Assembly: GCA_001643675.2 (NCBI GenBank)
Contig: LSRY02000021.1
Coordinates: 930,001-994,000 of the forward strand
Length of the DNA stretch: 64,000 bases
Reading direction: 5' to 3'
Source: Monocercomonoides exilis PA203
Lineage: Eukaryota > Protista > Preaxostyla
The notes below the pieces were generated by a model. It was given only the letters and a program-made list of their open reading frames with translations. It was not told where the DNA came from and searched no databases. This document shows, one piece after another, positions 48,600 to 64,000 of this stretch; within the stretch, counting starts at the first letter, position 1; every line of letters starts with the position of its first letter. Made by a program: the position numbers and the translations under genes.

Positions 48600-51240
48600 T
48601 TGTAATCAAAGAAAAAGATAGATAATTATTCGACTGGAATTGGATTAATTGTGAAAATAACAATTCGTCAATGATCCAAATGAACAAATTCCAAACAATT
48701 CCTTCTGCACAAGTCTGTATCTGTGAATTTATTGACAAACAATAGAATTTTGTTGAAAGAGCATTTGAATGAACCTGAGTTTTCAAGGATGAAAAACATT
48801 CCAAAAACCAGAAGACAAATTTTTTTTGTGAATATCTTCCGATGTTTCATTAATTAGTTTTGTTGGTTCTTGAAAACGTTATCAACAGAATTTCACATGT
48901 ATTTGAACCACATCTTCGAAAAAGTTGTTGAAGAAGAAAAGTTGAAAGAACTTGGTAACTGAATAAATGAATTGGAGAAAATGCGCTCACAAATGGAATG
49001 CATCAGAAGTTCAGTGAATTCCTCATATGAGTTCAATTCGAGGCATTTTTTAATATTCATTAATATTTGCATTTCAAGAATATATTTTTCTGTTTTGATC
49101 ATTTCTCATTATGAAAGTGTTGAATATGAAAAATATTGAAATTGCCAAATATGAGCAGCTGAAGTTTGTCCAGTTTTAATTAAGCTGAAAACTTCTTCTT
49201 TTGTTGATTGGGCATCTTCACAATCATGGTTTTGTGTGACTGGATTCATTCACCAACGGTCTTGTGAATATGAAAATTAAGATTGTCATTCTTTTCAATG
49301 TGTAAACTAATCTCAAACACCTGTGGTTATTGGGAGTTGAGATAAGGAAAGAGCTTGATGATGTTATTTTCATGTGATGTGCAATGCATGAGTGTTTTTT
49401 TGAGTGCCAATGAATGAGAACTTTCAAATACGATCTCTTTGCAAATCCATCAAATGAGCAGGCGAAATGATGCGAAATCAATCCATTGCTGATGGCTTTT
49501 TGAATATTTTAACGGATTTTGAAAGAAAAACTGAACATGTGCGAAAATCCCTTTATGTTATGTTATTTGCTCAATGACTTGAATGTCTTTATTTTCTTTC
49601 TTTCATTCTTTCAGAAGATTTAATGAAGATTAAACTGACTGCCTTTTTGCCAACATATTTCCTTATATGTTTTGTTATTGGATTCAAATGTCAATGAAAA
49701 CTGTTCAAAAATTCATAAAAGAGGATTTGCCATTCATGATTTTCCCTTCAAAAGATGAGGATTTCTGTTTAGTGGAAGAAGATATGAATAGAACAGCAAA
49801 CATGGACCACAAACAAAGAAATGAGACGAAAAGTGCAAGTGAGAGATTTCATTATCTCTCAGAAATCCATTGGAAGCGGTTGCTTTTTTGAAGCGATTCA
49901 ATGACGATAATAACAGATTTGTTCAGAACAAACAAACCATGAAGCTTTAATTTAGAAAATAATTATCATCAATCGAATTTGAATGGAATTGAATAAATCC
50001 CAATTTCTTCACAGCTGCTAATATGTTTGATAAATGATGGAAAATTGATTGGAAATCCATTAGTGAAATTTCCTTCTTTCGCTCCGCTGTTATCTTCAAT
50101 CTTCACAACGTTCAGACTTTGGTTTTTGTAATTTGAGCGCCTTTTGAAAACCAAAATGAAGTTTAGTTTTTTTCATTCTTTGAAATGTTAGTTCCTCTCA
50201 ACATATATTCTTTTTGAGCACAATTTCAGCTCCAATTCAACAATTGACATGTTGTATTATCAGTTGTAAATGATTGAATTAGCCAAAAATTCCACTTTGA
50301 TCTGTTTTTTGTGAGTCGTTTGATGAATGTTTAACAGTGAAAATTACCATTTGTTTTTGTTGGGAAGAAATATCTCGTCTATTAGATAAAGAACTGGTGA
50401 CAATAAGAGTATTGCAGTTTGTGATAATGCTTTTCAAAAATATGAGGTTGCACATAACCTGTTCAATTTATTCGTAAGAGCCAAGAACAAAGGAAGTTAT
50501 GCAACTCATTTGATTATGAGATTCTGCAAAGGAAATGCATTCACAATGCAGTTTATGTTCTGCGATCTTCACCGCAAACAATAACGCTGATTAAGTCATC
50601 TTTTGAGTCGACCTTTTGGAACATGTGTCACATTCCAAAACATTGTGACTCAGAGGCATTGAAGATGCGAGGAAAATACTTCAGGCAAACATTATGGAGA
50701 ATAGAAAGAATCTTTTGAAAGGAAAGATCGGTAAGGCAAGCCTTCACAGTTTGATTGGCTTTATTTTTGAGGAAAGCAAGATCTCACTTTTTGAATGATC
50801 CGCAAGTCAAACAAGAAATGCGGAGTAATTATAAGAGGATTCAGATATTTGATACGGAGATAGCTTGATAATCAATGATCAAAAGCATTTTCAATCAAAA
50901 AAAGGGAAATGAAATTTTGAACCAAGTATGCAGTTTCACTCAATCACTTTTGTTTTTCATTGACACACTAATAATTCAGCGAGTCAATTCAAGATTTTTA
51001 TTCCAAGCTTCAATAATTTGGTTCTGTTTGGTGCTTCAATATTAACAACACAAATACTTTCCAGCTTTTTCAATTTCTCTCTTTGTTGCAAATCACTTTC
51101 TGAATGTTTCAATTTGTTTCAATGTCTTTCCAATAGACAATCACCCTCTGGATTTTCATTTGATTTCTTTATTTGGATCACAGAAAATGTTTTTTCTGAA
51201 TCAAGATTTTTTCGTTTCAACAAAAGATTATGCAAATGAG
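48600..51240. pseudogene. Decayed coding-like sequence of unknown origin
   Basis: Less AT-rich than intergenic DNA, with many short stop-interrupted frames and no identifiable motif. Confidence 0.25.
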
Positions 51241-51425
51241 TTTTTTTGGGATAACGTTAATCTCATGCATTTGCGTGAATTTGAAACAATTTTGACACAA
51301 CAAAAAATGCCTTGATTCCATTATTGTATCAATGCCACGTTAACCGAGTTCTTTGAATTCAGATCTTTGAAATCCTTCCTCAAAAAATTATTTAATGGTA
51401 TCTTAAATACCAAAATTTCGTTTCC

Positions 51426-52610
51426 ATGAATAATTGCACGCTTCTGCAGGATGAAAGTCAGAGATTTCTGCCAATTATGAAATTTGCCAAAGCTTTACCG
51501 GAGAAGCAGAAGAAAAAATGCATAAAGCTCTTCGAGAACACTGGCGGTTCTTTTCCTTCGTCTGATTCATTGGAAGAATTTGCACATTCCCTTCCCGTTG
51601 GTCAGAACGCTTTGTTTTGGAATGCCGTAAACGAATGTTCTGGCTCCTCGGAATGCTATCTTCAAAACAAGCAACTGCCTTTAGGAGAAACGAAAGATGC
51701 TCAGAAAGCTGTTATTGGTCATATTTGGGAAGCAAGCTATGTCGCGCCGATTCTAGATAAAAATGGAGTCCCTTCAAGAAATCTTTACACAAGCCTTATG
51801 CTTGGTTATGAGAGATATTTGACGTGCCTTCGATCAAATGAAAAGTGGAATAAATCAACGCAAACACAGTTGAATTTGGCAAAAAAAGCAATTCGCACGG
51901 ACATGTACCTGCGTGATCGATCGCTCGGAGAAGATCAGAAAGCAGTCATTGCCGAATTCAAGCGCATTTCGTAAAGAGAATTCAACAAAGCTAAATACCA
52001 AGCCAAATTTCATCTCAGTAATAACTGTTTTGATATTTTGATATTTATTTTAGTTGTCTTCTCTTTATGCAATATGGTTATTGCTTTGTTTGCGGGATCA
52101 AGAATGAGCCAAACGTTTATTGCCGTTTTGATTATTGTGCAAGTGATAATTTTAGCGATTATATTTTCAAGCAGCGTGTTACTGTGCTTGGCAAACAGTT
52201 ATATGAAGTCATTAGGTGTGGTAAGATCACTTTCAAACCAAGCGTTTGATGGAGAATTGAAGAAAGTGATGAGGCCATGCGTTGAAAAAAGGGTTGTTAA
52301 CTGGAGGAGGCAGATGATATGGCGATGGCTTTTGAGCAAAAGCGAGCTGGAAATCGAGTGGAAGATTGACGAAATGGAAGAGAAAATGAAAAGCAGCAAG
52401 GAAGTCGTACTCAGCGAAGAAGAAGAAGAAGAGCGGAGGCGCCTTGAAGGCATCCAAGCAATGATCATTCCAGAGTGTTCTGGGAATGCCAAAGAAGTGG
52501 AATCAGACAGGGAGCTTCTTTTGCTGAAGAGCGATAATTCCTCGTTTCATTCGAATTCAGCAAATACAAGCTTCGTTGATGAAAAGGAAGAAGAGTATTC
52601 ATTGTCTTAA
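51426..52610 (+). CDS. Hypothetical protein with two adjacent TM helices; 5' end uncertain
   Basis: ORFs 51426 and 52038 join in frame via a 48-nt intron 51971-52018 (TC|gtaaag...ctcag|T). A ctgcag acceptor at ~51449 suggests an additional upstream exon. Confidence 0.65.
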
Positions 52611-53171
52611 AGCTATCTTTCGTTGCTTGATTGCTTTTCTTTTGATTGCTGCTTCAGAAGCTTTTTTTCTTTTTGTATTTGAACTAAACCTAATTTGATT
52701 GGCTTTATTTGCAAATGAGTTGTTGGTTATTAATCCTTTTTTATTTTTATTTTTTTATTTTTTAACTTTTAAATGAGTTTTGTAGAGAATGTTAAAATTT
52801 TAATTCTTTTTTTTATTTTTTTAGTTTTTATTTTTGCTTTTTTTTTGTTATTCCTTTTTTCAAATTTAATTTTTGATTTTTGTTTATCCTTTGGCAGTTT
52901 TTAAATTCAATTGTCAGATTACTGAATTATTAAAATTGATTAATGGAGTTATATTTTGATTTTTTTTTTTAAATACAACCTTTCTACATTTAAAATCTAC
53001 GAAAAAGATTTAAAAAAAAAATTTAAACAGATGAAAGATATATCATCTGTGCTATACTCACATATTAGAGCTTATCCTCTGAACGAAATTTTCAAAGTTT
53101 TTCACTTCTTTGAACATGAAAAGTTTCTCTTTATATGTATAAAGGGCTATCAGATCAAATATTCTTTTTTA

Positions 53172-55244
<2,073 letters not shown>

Positions 55245-56234
55245 TCTTCATCGTCTGCACTGCCTCTTAATTCATCTGCCTCATATAGCTCTGCCCAAGC
55301 TGCTTCAAATGCCAGCTCTGCAGCGTCTTCTCGCTCTCCTCACAAACAGGGCATTCTCTCTTCGACTTCTTCTGCTGGCTCGCTGCTGTCAACAGGCTCT
55401 TCTTCTCGCTCTTCTCTTCCTCATCTTCCACACAACTCGGTTTCTTCTCTTTCTTCGTCAGCATCAGCCTCAACTCTTTCTTCCTCTTCCTCTTCCTCTT
55501 CTTCTTTGGCAGCTCCCACAGCCACTTTGTCATCTGCCGCTTCTCTTTCCTCTTTTGCATCCGTTCTCCCTTCTTCTGTCTCTCCTCCACAATCTTCCAT
55601 TTCCTCCTCTCATTTTTCTGCCCGCCGGCTGTCTCGCACGCTGTCTGGCGGACCAACCTCTTCAAACTCCTCCCGCACATCCAATCTCCTCTCTGGATCT
55701 TCTTCTTTCTCTCGCCTCCCTTCTGTTTCTGCTAATACATCTTCTTCTTCTTCTTCTTCTTCTGCATCTTCTGCATCTTCTGCATCTTCTGCTTTATCTC
55801 CTCACCACTCTTCGCCGAGTCCTCATCCCGCCCGTTCTCCGCCTCTCTCTCATTCTCCAATGCCATTTCCTGGTTCCCCGCCTCGTTCGTATCCGTCTTC
55901 AGGAATGTCCTCTCCGCTGTCAAACAGACTTTCGTCAGCGTCTGTTGCATCGCTCAACACTTCGTCTTCGTTCCACACGCGATTTGTCGCTTCCTCCACA
56001 AGAACGGGCTCATCTGCTACTATGTTCAATGCTCCTTCAACTTCTTCTTCTTCTTCCTCTTCCACCTCCTCTTCCTCCTCTTCCTCCTCCTCATCATCAA
56101 CAACAGCAGCGCCTTCTTCATCTATTGTGACAGCATCTTCATCATCTTCACTTCTTCGTGTTCCTCTTCGACCTGGCAATCCTTCTTCTCATGCTCTTCA
56201 TACATCGCATTCACAGAAGCTTCATGCTACATAA
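55245..56234 (+). CDS. In-frame Ser/Pro-rich extension of the MAPK beyond the TAA at 55242
   Basis: Same frame as the last MAPK exon and open for 330 codons. A candidate intron 55241-55288 removes the stop. Confidence 0.6.
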   Translation, partial: SSSSALPLNSSASYSSAQAASNASSAASSRSPHKQGILSSTSSAGSLLSTGSSSRSSLPHLPHNSVSSLSSSASASTLSSSSSSSSSLAAPTATLSSAASLSSFASVLPSSVSPPQSSISSSHFSARRLSRTLSGGPTSSNSSRTSNLLSGSSSFSRLPSVSANTSSSSSSSSASSASSASSALSPHHSSPSPHPARSPPLSHSPMPFPGSPPRSYPSSGMSSPLSNRLSSASVASLNTSSSFHTRFVASSTRTGSSATMFNAPSTSSSSSSSTSSSSSSSSSSSTTAAPSSSIVTASSSSSLLRVPLRPGNPSSHALHTSHSQKLHAT

Positions 56235-57496
56235 ATATTACAACTGTATTTTTATGTAAGAACCTTGCAGAAGTTTTGTTTAGACTGTTTTTAGGTTAGA
56301 GAATGTACGCCGTTTCAGAATTTATGTAATTTTATTAAATTTTTTTGGCATGTTAAAAAGTATTATTTATTTATTTTTTTCGATGTTTGCGTTCATAAAG
56401 CTGAATGAATGCTTCGATTGATGCTTTCAGTGATTGAAGCTGAGATGATTGGACAGAAGGAGAATTGTGATGAAGAGTATTCATGCAGTAACAGACACGT
56501 TTTGACAGAAGTGCAATGCCTTCTAGTGTTATTTTTTTTTTTTTTTTCTCGTTGGATTGTTTAGTTTCCCCACAAAGATGGTTGGCGATTGTATTGTTTT
56601 CCTTATCGAGAGCACAACATTCAGAGCTTCTTTTGCTGAGTTTTCTTATCTAATGAATCGATATGTTGATCTATAAATATTGCTTTTTCTTTTGATATTT
56701 TCTATGTATTCTTTTTTTTATTTTTACATTAGCATTATAAATATCTGTTATTCGTATGTCGTTTTTTCACGCCCCCTACAATTTGTTCATGATTTGCTTG
56801 AAATCAGACTTTTTTTAAACTTAAGCTTATTCGTTTTTCTTTAGCACATTCTCGTTGAAGTCAACCATAAGTCTTCTTTTCGTGTTATGAAGATCCATGT
56901 TCAAATCGGATACTTTTCTTTTGCTTCAGAATTATGTTTCGTTATGTTCTGATGATTTTTTCATTTATAAATATCTTTTAAGATTTTTTTTTAAATTTCA
57001 ATTACAGTTTTTTTAAGTATTTTTTTATTGAATTTTGCTTTTAAATCTATGTTTTGTCTTTATTCTTTATCACAACAATTCTAACCAATTTGAACTTTTC
57101 TCTCTGTTGTGTTAAAGTCAATCGCATTTTTCACTTTTTCAACAAAAATGCACTTACTTTTTTTGAACTATGTTTTATTTTTTCTTTATCCACATACACA
57201 ATATTTTTCTATCTTTTTGTTTTTATTTTATTTTGAAATTAGCTTGACTTTTTTTTTTTTGAACCATGTTAACGTCTTATTTTCAGGAAGCGGTTTATAC
57301 AAAACTTACCATTTTTATTCAACTATCATTTCATTTTTCTTTCATTTTATTGAATTTTTGAATTAATAATTTTAGCCGCTTTTATTCAGAAATATATATT
57401 TTTGATACAATCCCTATAGGCTGAAATAAATAATTGTAAAAAAAAAATGTGTAATGTTTTGATTTTGTCTTCACTCTTTTCCTTTATTCTGATCCA

Positions 57497-57586
57497 AAAA
57501 AAAAAAAAAAAAAAAAAAATAAAATAAAATAAAAAATAAAAAAATAAAAAATAAAAAAAAATAAAAAAAAATAAAAAAAAAAAAAT
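57497..57586 (+). repeat. Poly(A)/(TAAAAA)n low-complexity tract
   Basis: Seen directly. Confidence 0.85.
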
Positions 57587-57797
57587 AGTGTTAAAAGTTC
57601 AAAAAACAACATAATTAAAAGAAAACAAAATCAGAATTAAACCTTCTGATAACTTTCCTTTTTCCTTCAGCTGGATTTAACAAATTACTTTCTTCTCATC
57701 AACTGAATCATCGCTTTTTTTTTTTTTTTATGAAGATCATTTCTTCTTGTTTTTTCTTTTCATCCACAACAGTTTTCATTTCATTTTTAATTTTTTC

Positions 57798-59157
57798 TTA
57801 GATATCATTTTTCGTTTCGATATTCATTTTCATATAATTTCCACATTTCTCAAAAAAATTATCGTTGGTTATCACTTTTCCATTAAAGTTTAACCTGCAT
57901 CTACGAGATGGAAGAGGGAAAATTGATGATTCGGGCAGTTTCAAAAGAACAGGCCCAGAAGTATTATGAAAAACACCAGTGCAGACGAAAGCTTTTTGAA
58001 TTGCGGAAGGAGATGATGTAGTGTGGATGGCTTGAGGCAGAACGTCCGAAATTGCTGCTCGTTTGGAGGAAGATAAAGAAGAAAATGAAGCCTCAAATCT
58101 GTTTGTCAGTTCAGATTTGAACACAGCAAACATTCCTCTGTCCAGTGGTTGACAGAGGTGTGTGCTGTGTGGCACGAAGGTTAAAACGTCGACTTGTTGT
58201 TTTTGGAATTCTCGCCAGATTGATGGATCTGTGCGAGATGCATGCGTATCAAGAAGGAGAAGAATGTGTTCGCTTTTTAATGACATGAGCTTTCTTCTTT
58301 CGATGATGGAATGCAAAAGAATGGTGAGGGCATTCATTTTGAAGCATTCATTGTCCATCCAGCCGCTTCCATTTTCCTATATCTCAAGCGTTGGAGATAA
58401 AAGGCTTTTCTGCTCCTCTGGCAGGTTTTCACTTGGCCACAAAATGACAAAAGGAAAGTCATATCAGTCCGCTGCAACAGCTGCCACGAATGTTGAATTA
58501 ATTATTCTCAGTTGGTCATATGGCAAAACCTGTCTTCTAATCAGTTGTCTGCACAATAAGCTGTATTGAATTTCTCAGAATGCGCGTTGAAGATTAAACG
58601 ATGTTAACAATCAAGGCTGGATTGGAATTGTGATTTTCATGCAGCTCGTCGAGTGTTTTATACCAGGGCTTTAAAACACTTCTGCAGGAAACAGCCAGTC
58701 TGTTGATGTACAAATTCTTCTGCGTTCCGTTCTTCAGATATGAGTGACGCTCAACAATGTCATATGCAGAAGACATTGAAACTTCTGTGAACGGTGCATA
58801 TTCAACATCTTTGTCGTTTTAAACATTTTTAATTTTTAAAACAAATGAATAAAACATATAAATAAAAATAAAACAAACCAATTCTCTTGTTTTTTTAAAA
58901 ATTTAACATGTTCCAGACTTTGCTTCGATGTGAATAATATCCAAAACTCTTTGCTCCTTTTCGCCCACTACTGATAAAATTCTGCCCACTTTTCCTACCA
59001 GCCTTCCTTTTCTCAGCGCTCTAACTGCGTTCTTTATTCCTGTGCGAATAAATTCCTTGGAATTAATAGCGTCCGTTATGCGAACAACTCCATCCACAAC
59101 GATGTGAGCCATTCGCGCCAGCCAACTGTGGTATTTCCTGTTCTTGCGTGAAGACAT
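57798..59157 (-). pseudogene. Decayed pogo-like DD35D transposase (second family)
   Basis: GWMD, LLLLDTHASR...VPHSTHLCQPLD (35-residue spacing). The N-terminal exon resembles that of the 35674 transposase. Frameshifts, including at the first catalytic Asp. TIRs not found. Confidence 0.85.
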
Positions 59158-59719
59158 TGCTCTCTGTTATTTTTTCTGATCCTCTTTTCATTTAACTTCT
59201 AGAGTACTTTTCATTTTTGAAATAATACAAATAGATCATAATATTTTTTTTTGATTCTTGAATTGAAGCAAACAAGTAAATAAGCAAGCAAGCAAACAAA
59301 CAAACAAAATTACAATAAAAACAATAATAATGATAATAATGATTATTAAAAAAGCTCAAAAGTATAAAAGATTTTCTTCACATCTCATTTCTTCGTTTTC
59401 ACCACATCCTTTTTTTCACATGGAATGTTTCACATTTCATAACACAAAAAAAGAAGAGGATTTTAAAAACCAGTTGAATAATTGAATACTGTGATTTATT
59501 GGCTCAGATATCACTTCAGAATAGGAAGGTGTAACAATATTCGCATTTTGAGTTTCAAATAAAAAATAGATTTGTTACCAGTATCTAATGTTGTAATTGG
59601 ATCCAATAAAGAAAAAGTTTATTTGTGAAAAACAAAAGAAGAAAAACAATTGTGACAAAATGGATAAACAACACAAATCGAAGTCTCTCATAATCCCAAC
59701 AGAATGTGAAATCACAATA

Positions 59720-59932
59720 CGTGGCTGATCATATTTGAAATCAAACTTTCGTTCGAGTTTTGATCAAAATTTTAATCTCAATGGGATTTTTGAAATTAAT
59801 ATGTTTCTGCAATAACAACATCATGAACAATAAGTGTTCCCTGTTTCAACTCATTTTTTTCAAAATCCCATTGAATACATAATTTTGATCAAAACTCGAA
59901 CGAAAGTATGATTTCAAAAAGGATCAGCCGCA
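59720..59932. mobile_element. 213-bp foldback MITE with TA flanks
   Basis: ggctgatc..ttgaaatcaaactttcgttcgagttttgatcaaaatt..tcaatgggatttttgaaa is mirrored at 59858-59932. TA on both sides. Confidence 0.82.
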
Positions 59933-60267
59933 TATTCCAAAAAGAAAAAACTGAACTGTAAGTTCTTAATAGACACAAAAGAAAAAAAAAAAAAATAAGT
60001 TTGTGTTCAGGATATGAACTGTAACAACAAGAGCAATACGTACAATGCTTATTGATTCAAATACACAAATATAAAATTTACCAAGCAGACCAATTCTGCT
60101 TTTGAAGCAGTTAAAATTTGAAATTGATCCAAGGATGACAATTCATGGAAACAAAAAGAAGACAAACAAGTCGAATTGTTGAGTTGAACCAAAATGAAAA
60201 ATAATAACAATTGAAACATTTACAAAATAAAATGGAACTCAAAACATATAAATCATCAACTCAATAT

Positions 60268-63200
60268 TCACTTTTCTGAGTGAAAAGTTCCTGCAATATC
60301 TGAAGAATTCACACTCGTGGTGTGTTCACCATCTTCTGTTGTCTCCTCCAGGTCAATTGTATCAGACATCGTCAAAATTGCTGCTCCTAGAGGCAAGTGC
60401 AAGATGAACTCTCGCTTCAGGCCTGCCAAGCTCAGTCTATCCTGTGGTTGAGCAGACAGGCAAGCCCGGACGATTTCAAAGAAATTCGACTCTTTCAAAG
60501 AAGACATGTTCGGTTGTTCGTGATTCACTATCTTCTGCCCTGCTGTCTCAGCTTCATACTCCCCAAACGGGATCTGCAGCGTCAGGCACTCCCACACCAT
60601 CATCCCGATCGAAAACACCACCGTCTTCTTTGTCGCGTGCCTCTTTGCGCCGCTCAGCAGCTCTGGTGCCTTCCATCGCATGCACTCCTTCCTGAAATCA
60701 TCTTCATCCTCAAACGCCGATGAGGGCGGAGGCGATCCTCTGCCGTTCCTATTCGCACAAGAGCAATCAGAGGAAGAGGTGGCAATAGTTGTGGTTGATG
60801 AGATGGACGAAGAGTCAGAATCATCTGAAGAACAGTCTGAGTGGAGCGCAATGCAGATGACCATATGTTCGGAAAACAGTACAACATGCGGACTGAGGTT
60901 GACCAGCGAAGGCAATTCTTTTTCTTCATCAAATGAATGAAGTGCTCCATTCGCCACCCAAAACAGAATCTGTGCAGCTGTCATCTCTCTTTCTTTCAAA
61001 GAGCCAATCGCCATCTCCTTTTTCTCATTCCTTCCATGAAGCAGCATGAACATCGAATCCCTCAGATCCACAATCAGCTTCTCATGAGGCGATGAACAGG
61101 CCATTGGATCCACCAGATTCGACATCGACGAAGTGGTGGGGCACGTATCCTCTCCTCGAACAAATGTTGAATCTGAATCAGTTGTTGAAGTGGATGAGAT
61201 GGATGGTGACGGTGTTCGCTTTCTTGTATCTTCTTCCTTCTCATCAGCTTTCTCCAGTGCCCATTCTGGAATCTTGTCAGAATCTCTCCCCAAAATATAT
61301 TCTGTGGAGCCATTTTCACTCAACAAATACTCTTCTGACTCAGAATACTGCATCTCCTTTCCATTCATTCTCTTTTTGATCCTCTCCTCATTCTTCTTTT
61401 CTGCTTCCCTCTCTGCTCTCCTCCACTGATCTTCAGGAGACATTTCCATCGTTATCATTTCAAATGCCTTCGGGTCCTTCTTTACTGTGTCATTTACAAT
61501 CTCTCTCAGATCTTTGTTTTCATTCTTTGCCTTCCTCCGTCGAATAATGAATATTATTGAAACGATTAACAGTATTGCCACAGTCACAACACATATAATC
61601 AATGACCAATAAGATTTTCCTTCTTTTCTTTTTTCAGAAATCCTTTCATCTCTGCTAACCTTGGACTCACTTCTGTTTTTCAGTATTTGCGGAGATGTTG
61701 CAGCCAATTGCTTTCCATGCAATATCATCACTGACACCTCTGTTTCATTTGCAATTGTTGTTATATTATCTGATGGGATTATTCCAATAACTTCTGTTTC
61801 TGATGTGAAACTGTCTTCCTCAAATGGATGTATCTCAACCAACTCCACATCTCCTGTTTCATACGCAAGTCTGAATGACAAAACACTTGGCACAAACAGA
61901 GATCCCTTGAATTAGATAAAAATGTTGCTTCCATATTCATTCACAGAAATACCTTCCAGTTTTGGGATAAAGAAAGGTGATGCCCTTTCTCCTGCAATTC
62001 CATCAAATGTGCATCCATCATTCAGATGCCAAAAAGAAGAATTGTCTTTCACTCCATCTCCTCCTTTCAAACTCGAAATGGTCAATGAGGCAAAATCTGA
62101 GCAAATGATGTTTCTATGAAGAGAAGGATATTTTTCTATATAAGTATTGTTACTCAAAAACTCTCCTTTCTCAATCGTCACTTTACCAGCGGACGCTGAT
62201 AATCCACCTGATGAAGCATCAGAAATAATCACATCCTTCATCACCAATGAATAATTCGCTGAATTGCAAGTGATCCATTCCATTTGCATATTTCTTCAAT
62301 ATTTTTATTTCTCTCATTTTCACTTTCTTTTGCAGGAACTCCAATATATTGGCATGAATCCATCGAAATTCCCTTTGCATTATTCATATCCATAATGCTT
62401 CCTTTATCAAACACGGAATAACAGTTTGAACAAGTGCATTTAGAAAGCATTATTTGAGATGATGATAAAGAAACTGAAAGAACAGAAGCTCCTTCTGAAT
62501 TCCTCGAACTATTGTTGAATGAAGAGCTTCCTCCTGAAACACTTACAGAAGTTGAGCTGTCAATCGAAATGATGCAACCTTCTGACAATTTCACTCCATC
62601 AGCATCAATTCCATTCGGCACAACACTTCCACACTGCCCAATCTCAACAACATATCTTGTTGATTCAATCTGTTCCAACTTCATGTTTGTCAACGAAATT
62701 TGATCCACGCTCAACAGAAAAGAAGACTTATTAAATGAAAGGAATGAGATTGAGCAATTATCAACATGAAGAATTCCATTTTCGATGCTCAACAATGTTG
62801 AATTGAGAACAACAAATTCGATGTTTTCTGACTCCACCACAGAAGAAAAATTGACAAATAAAAGAGAAAGCTGTCCATTTGCTTCATAAACAATGGAACT
62901 GCCTGAATACAAAAACGACTGGCAAAAATTGAATTTCAATCATTCAATCCGAACTTTCTCTGAGATTGTGACAAGATTTCCCTCATCGGTTATTGTTGAG
63001 TTCAGACACACCAAAGCAGCTGAGGGAGATTGCAATGAGCGAATAGTCACATCAAGAACATCACACTTCCCAATAATTTCTGTTTGCCCCAAGATCAACA
63101 GCTGCGAGTACAGAGATAGAATGATGTGCCGCACTCCAAAGCTCAATAAGTGGCATGGTGTGTCGAATTCTCCACATTGCTTGCTGTCTGCGCGATTGTC

Positions 63201-64000
63201 TGCAACTGATGACACAAATATCGTCTCACTCAGATATTTCTCAACCCTCAGGAGCAGATCTTCTTCATCCAGAAAGGAATCTGTTGTGCAGTCCCACATC
63301 GCCAGCTCTTTCACAAATGGTGCTCTGAAATCCAGCAAGAATTGCCCTTCAACTTTTTGTGCATCAATTGAGTGGCATCGAACATACACATCTCTCCCTC
63401 TCAATGCAGAGTTACCTTTGAATGTGAAATTCGACAACACAAAATTCAGAGGCTGCTCAGCTGTCGAGGTGAATTCCAGAAACAGCCACCCACCTCTTCC
63501 GGTTGTTGAACAGAAGCACTCAGAAATCGTGCAAAATGAGCAGTCAAATCTTCCTCTCTCATTCAACACACAAAACATCCCTCCTCCCTTTCCACACCTC
63601 TTTCCACCACATCCCTTCATCGTTGTGTTTCGAATCACCATTTTAAAAGGCTCATCGTTATCATTCCGAATGATGGGAATATTACTGATTGTGTTCTTGG
63701 TGACTTCTTCGAATGAGCTCCATTCAATAACAATATCTTGCTTATCTTCATTTCTCTCTCTGCTCTCTCTTCTTGAACTCTTTGCTATGCACAATCCGCT
63801 TGCTCCATCCAGCTCAATGCTCTTCATCGAAATGTTTTTGATTCTCAAAATCGTTGATGATAGCACAGAAATGACATCTTTTGAAAAGCAACGTGATTGC
63901 ATTGATGCAAATTCCAATAAAACTGCTCCTCCATCTGCTTTGATCATCCCATAGTTCATCATTTCTTCTCCACTCTCTTCATTTTTTGAGAATGAACAGT
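60268..64000 (-). pseudogene. Frameshifted paralog of the receptor-pseudokinase gene (5' part beyond the window)
   Basis: ORFs 62940-63962, 62241-62939, 61912-62289 and 60268-61893 are consecutive pieces colinear with the 40617 protein, separated by three frameshifts. TM and pseudokinase are retained. Confidence 0.88.

Noticed and set aside
52956-53171. N-terminal extension of the MAPK in ORF 52956
   Set aside because: AT-rich and UTR-like. The kinase fits a start at ATG 53172.
62893-63954. 353-aa plus-strand ORF, and similar antisense ORFs over 40549-48300 and 34773-35477
   Set aside because: Antisense shadows of receptor-family coding sequence.

Overview
AT-rich eukaryotic genomic DNA with short spliceosomal introns. 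It uses the standard genetic code, since TAA terminates RPS4 and RPL13. Gene families and style point to an oxymonad such as Monocercomonoides (inference from recalled family motifs, not a search). Housekeeping genes: a membrane-anchored thioredoxin/PDI-like protein whose CGWC motif lies in a 28-nt micro-exon, a two-RRM hnRNP L/PTB-like protein, RPS4, RPL13 and a TEY-type ERK-like MAPK. A family of giant Cys-rich, GGA-repeat type I membrane proteins is represented by two intact genes (one ending in a catalytically dead half-kinase) and at least four decayed copies. DNA transposons are dense and show three target-site signatures. TA: an intact 2578-bp pogo/DD35D element with 38-bp TIRs inserted into a receptor pseudogene, a decayed second pogo transposase, and two MITEs. 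8 bp: a 5.4-kb hAT-like element. AWWT: a set of nested, Sola-like 4-bp-TSD MITEs. The most notable observations are the receptor-pseudokinase family with a ~95%-identical patch shared between an intact gene and a pseudogene, the AWWT MITE system, and a stop codon inside a candidate 48-nt exon-like intron that gates a ~315-aa Ser-rich MAPK tail. All alignments and splice models were made by eye.
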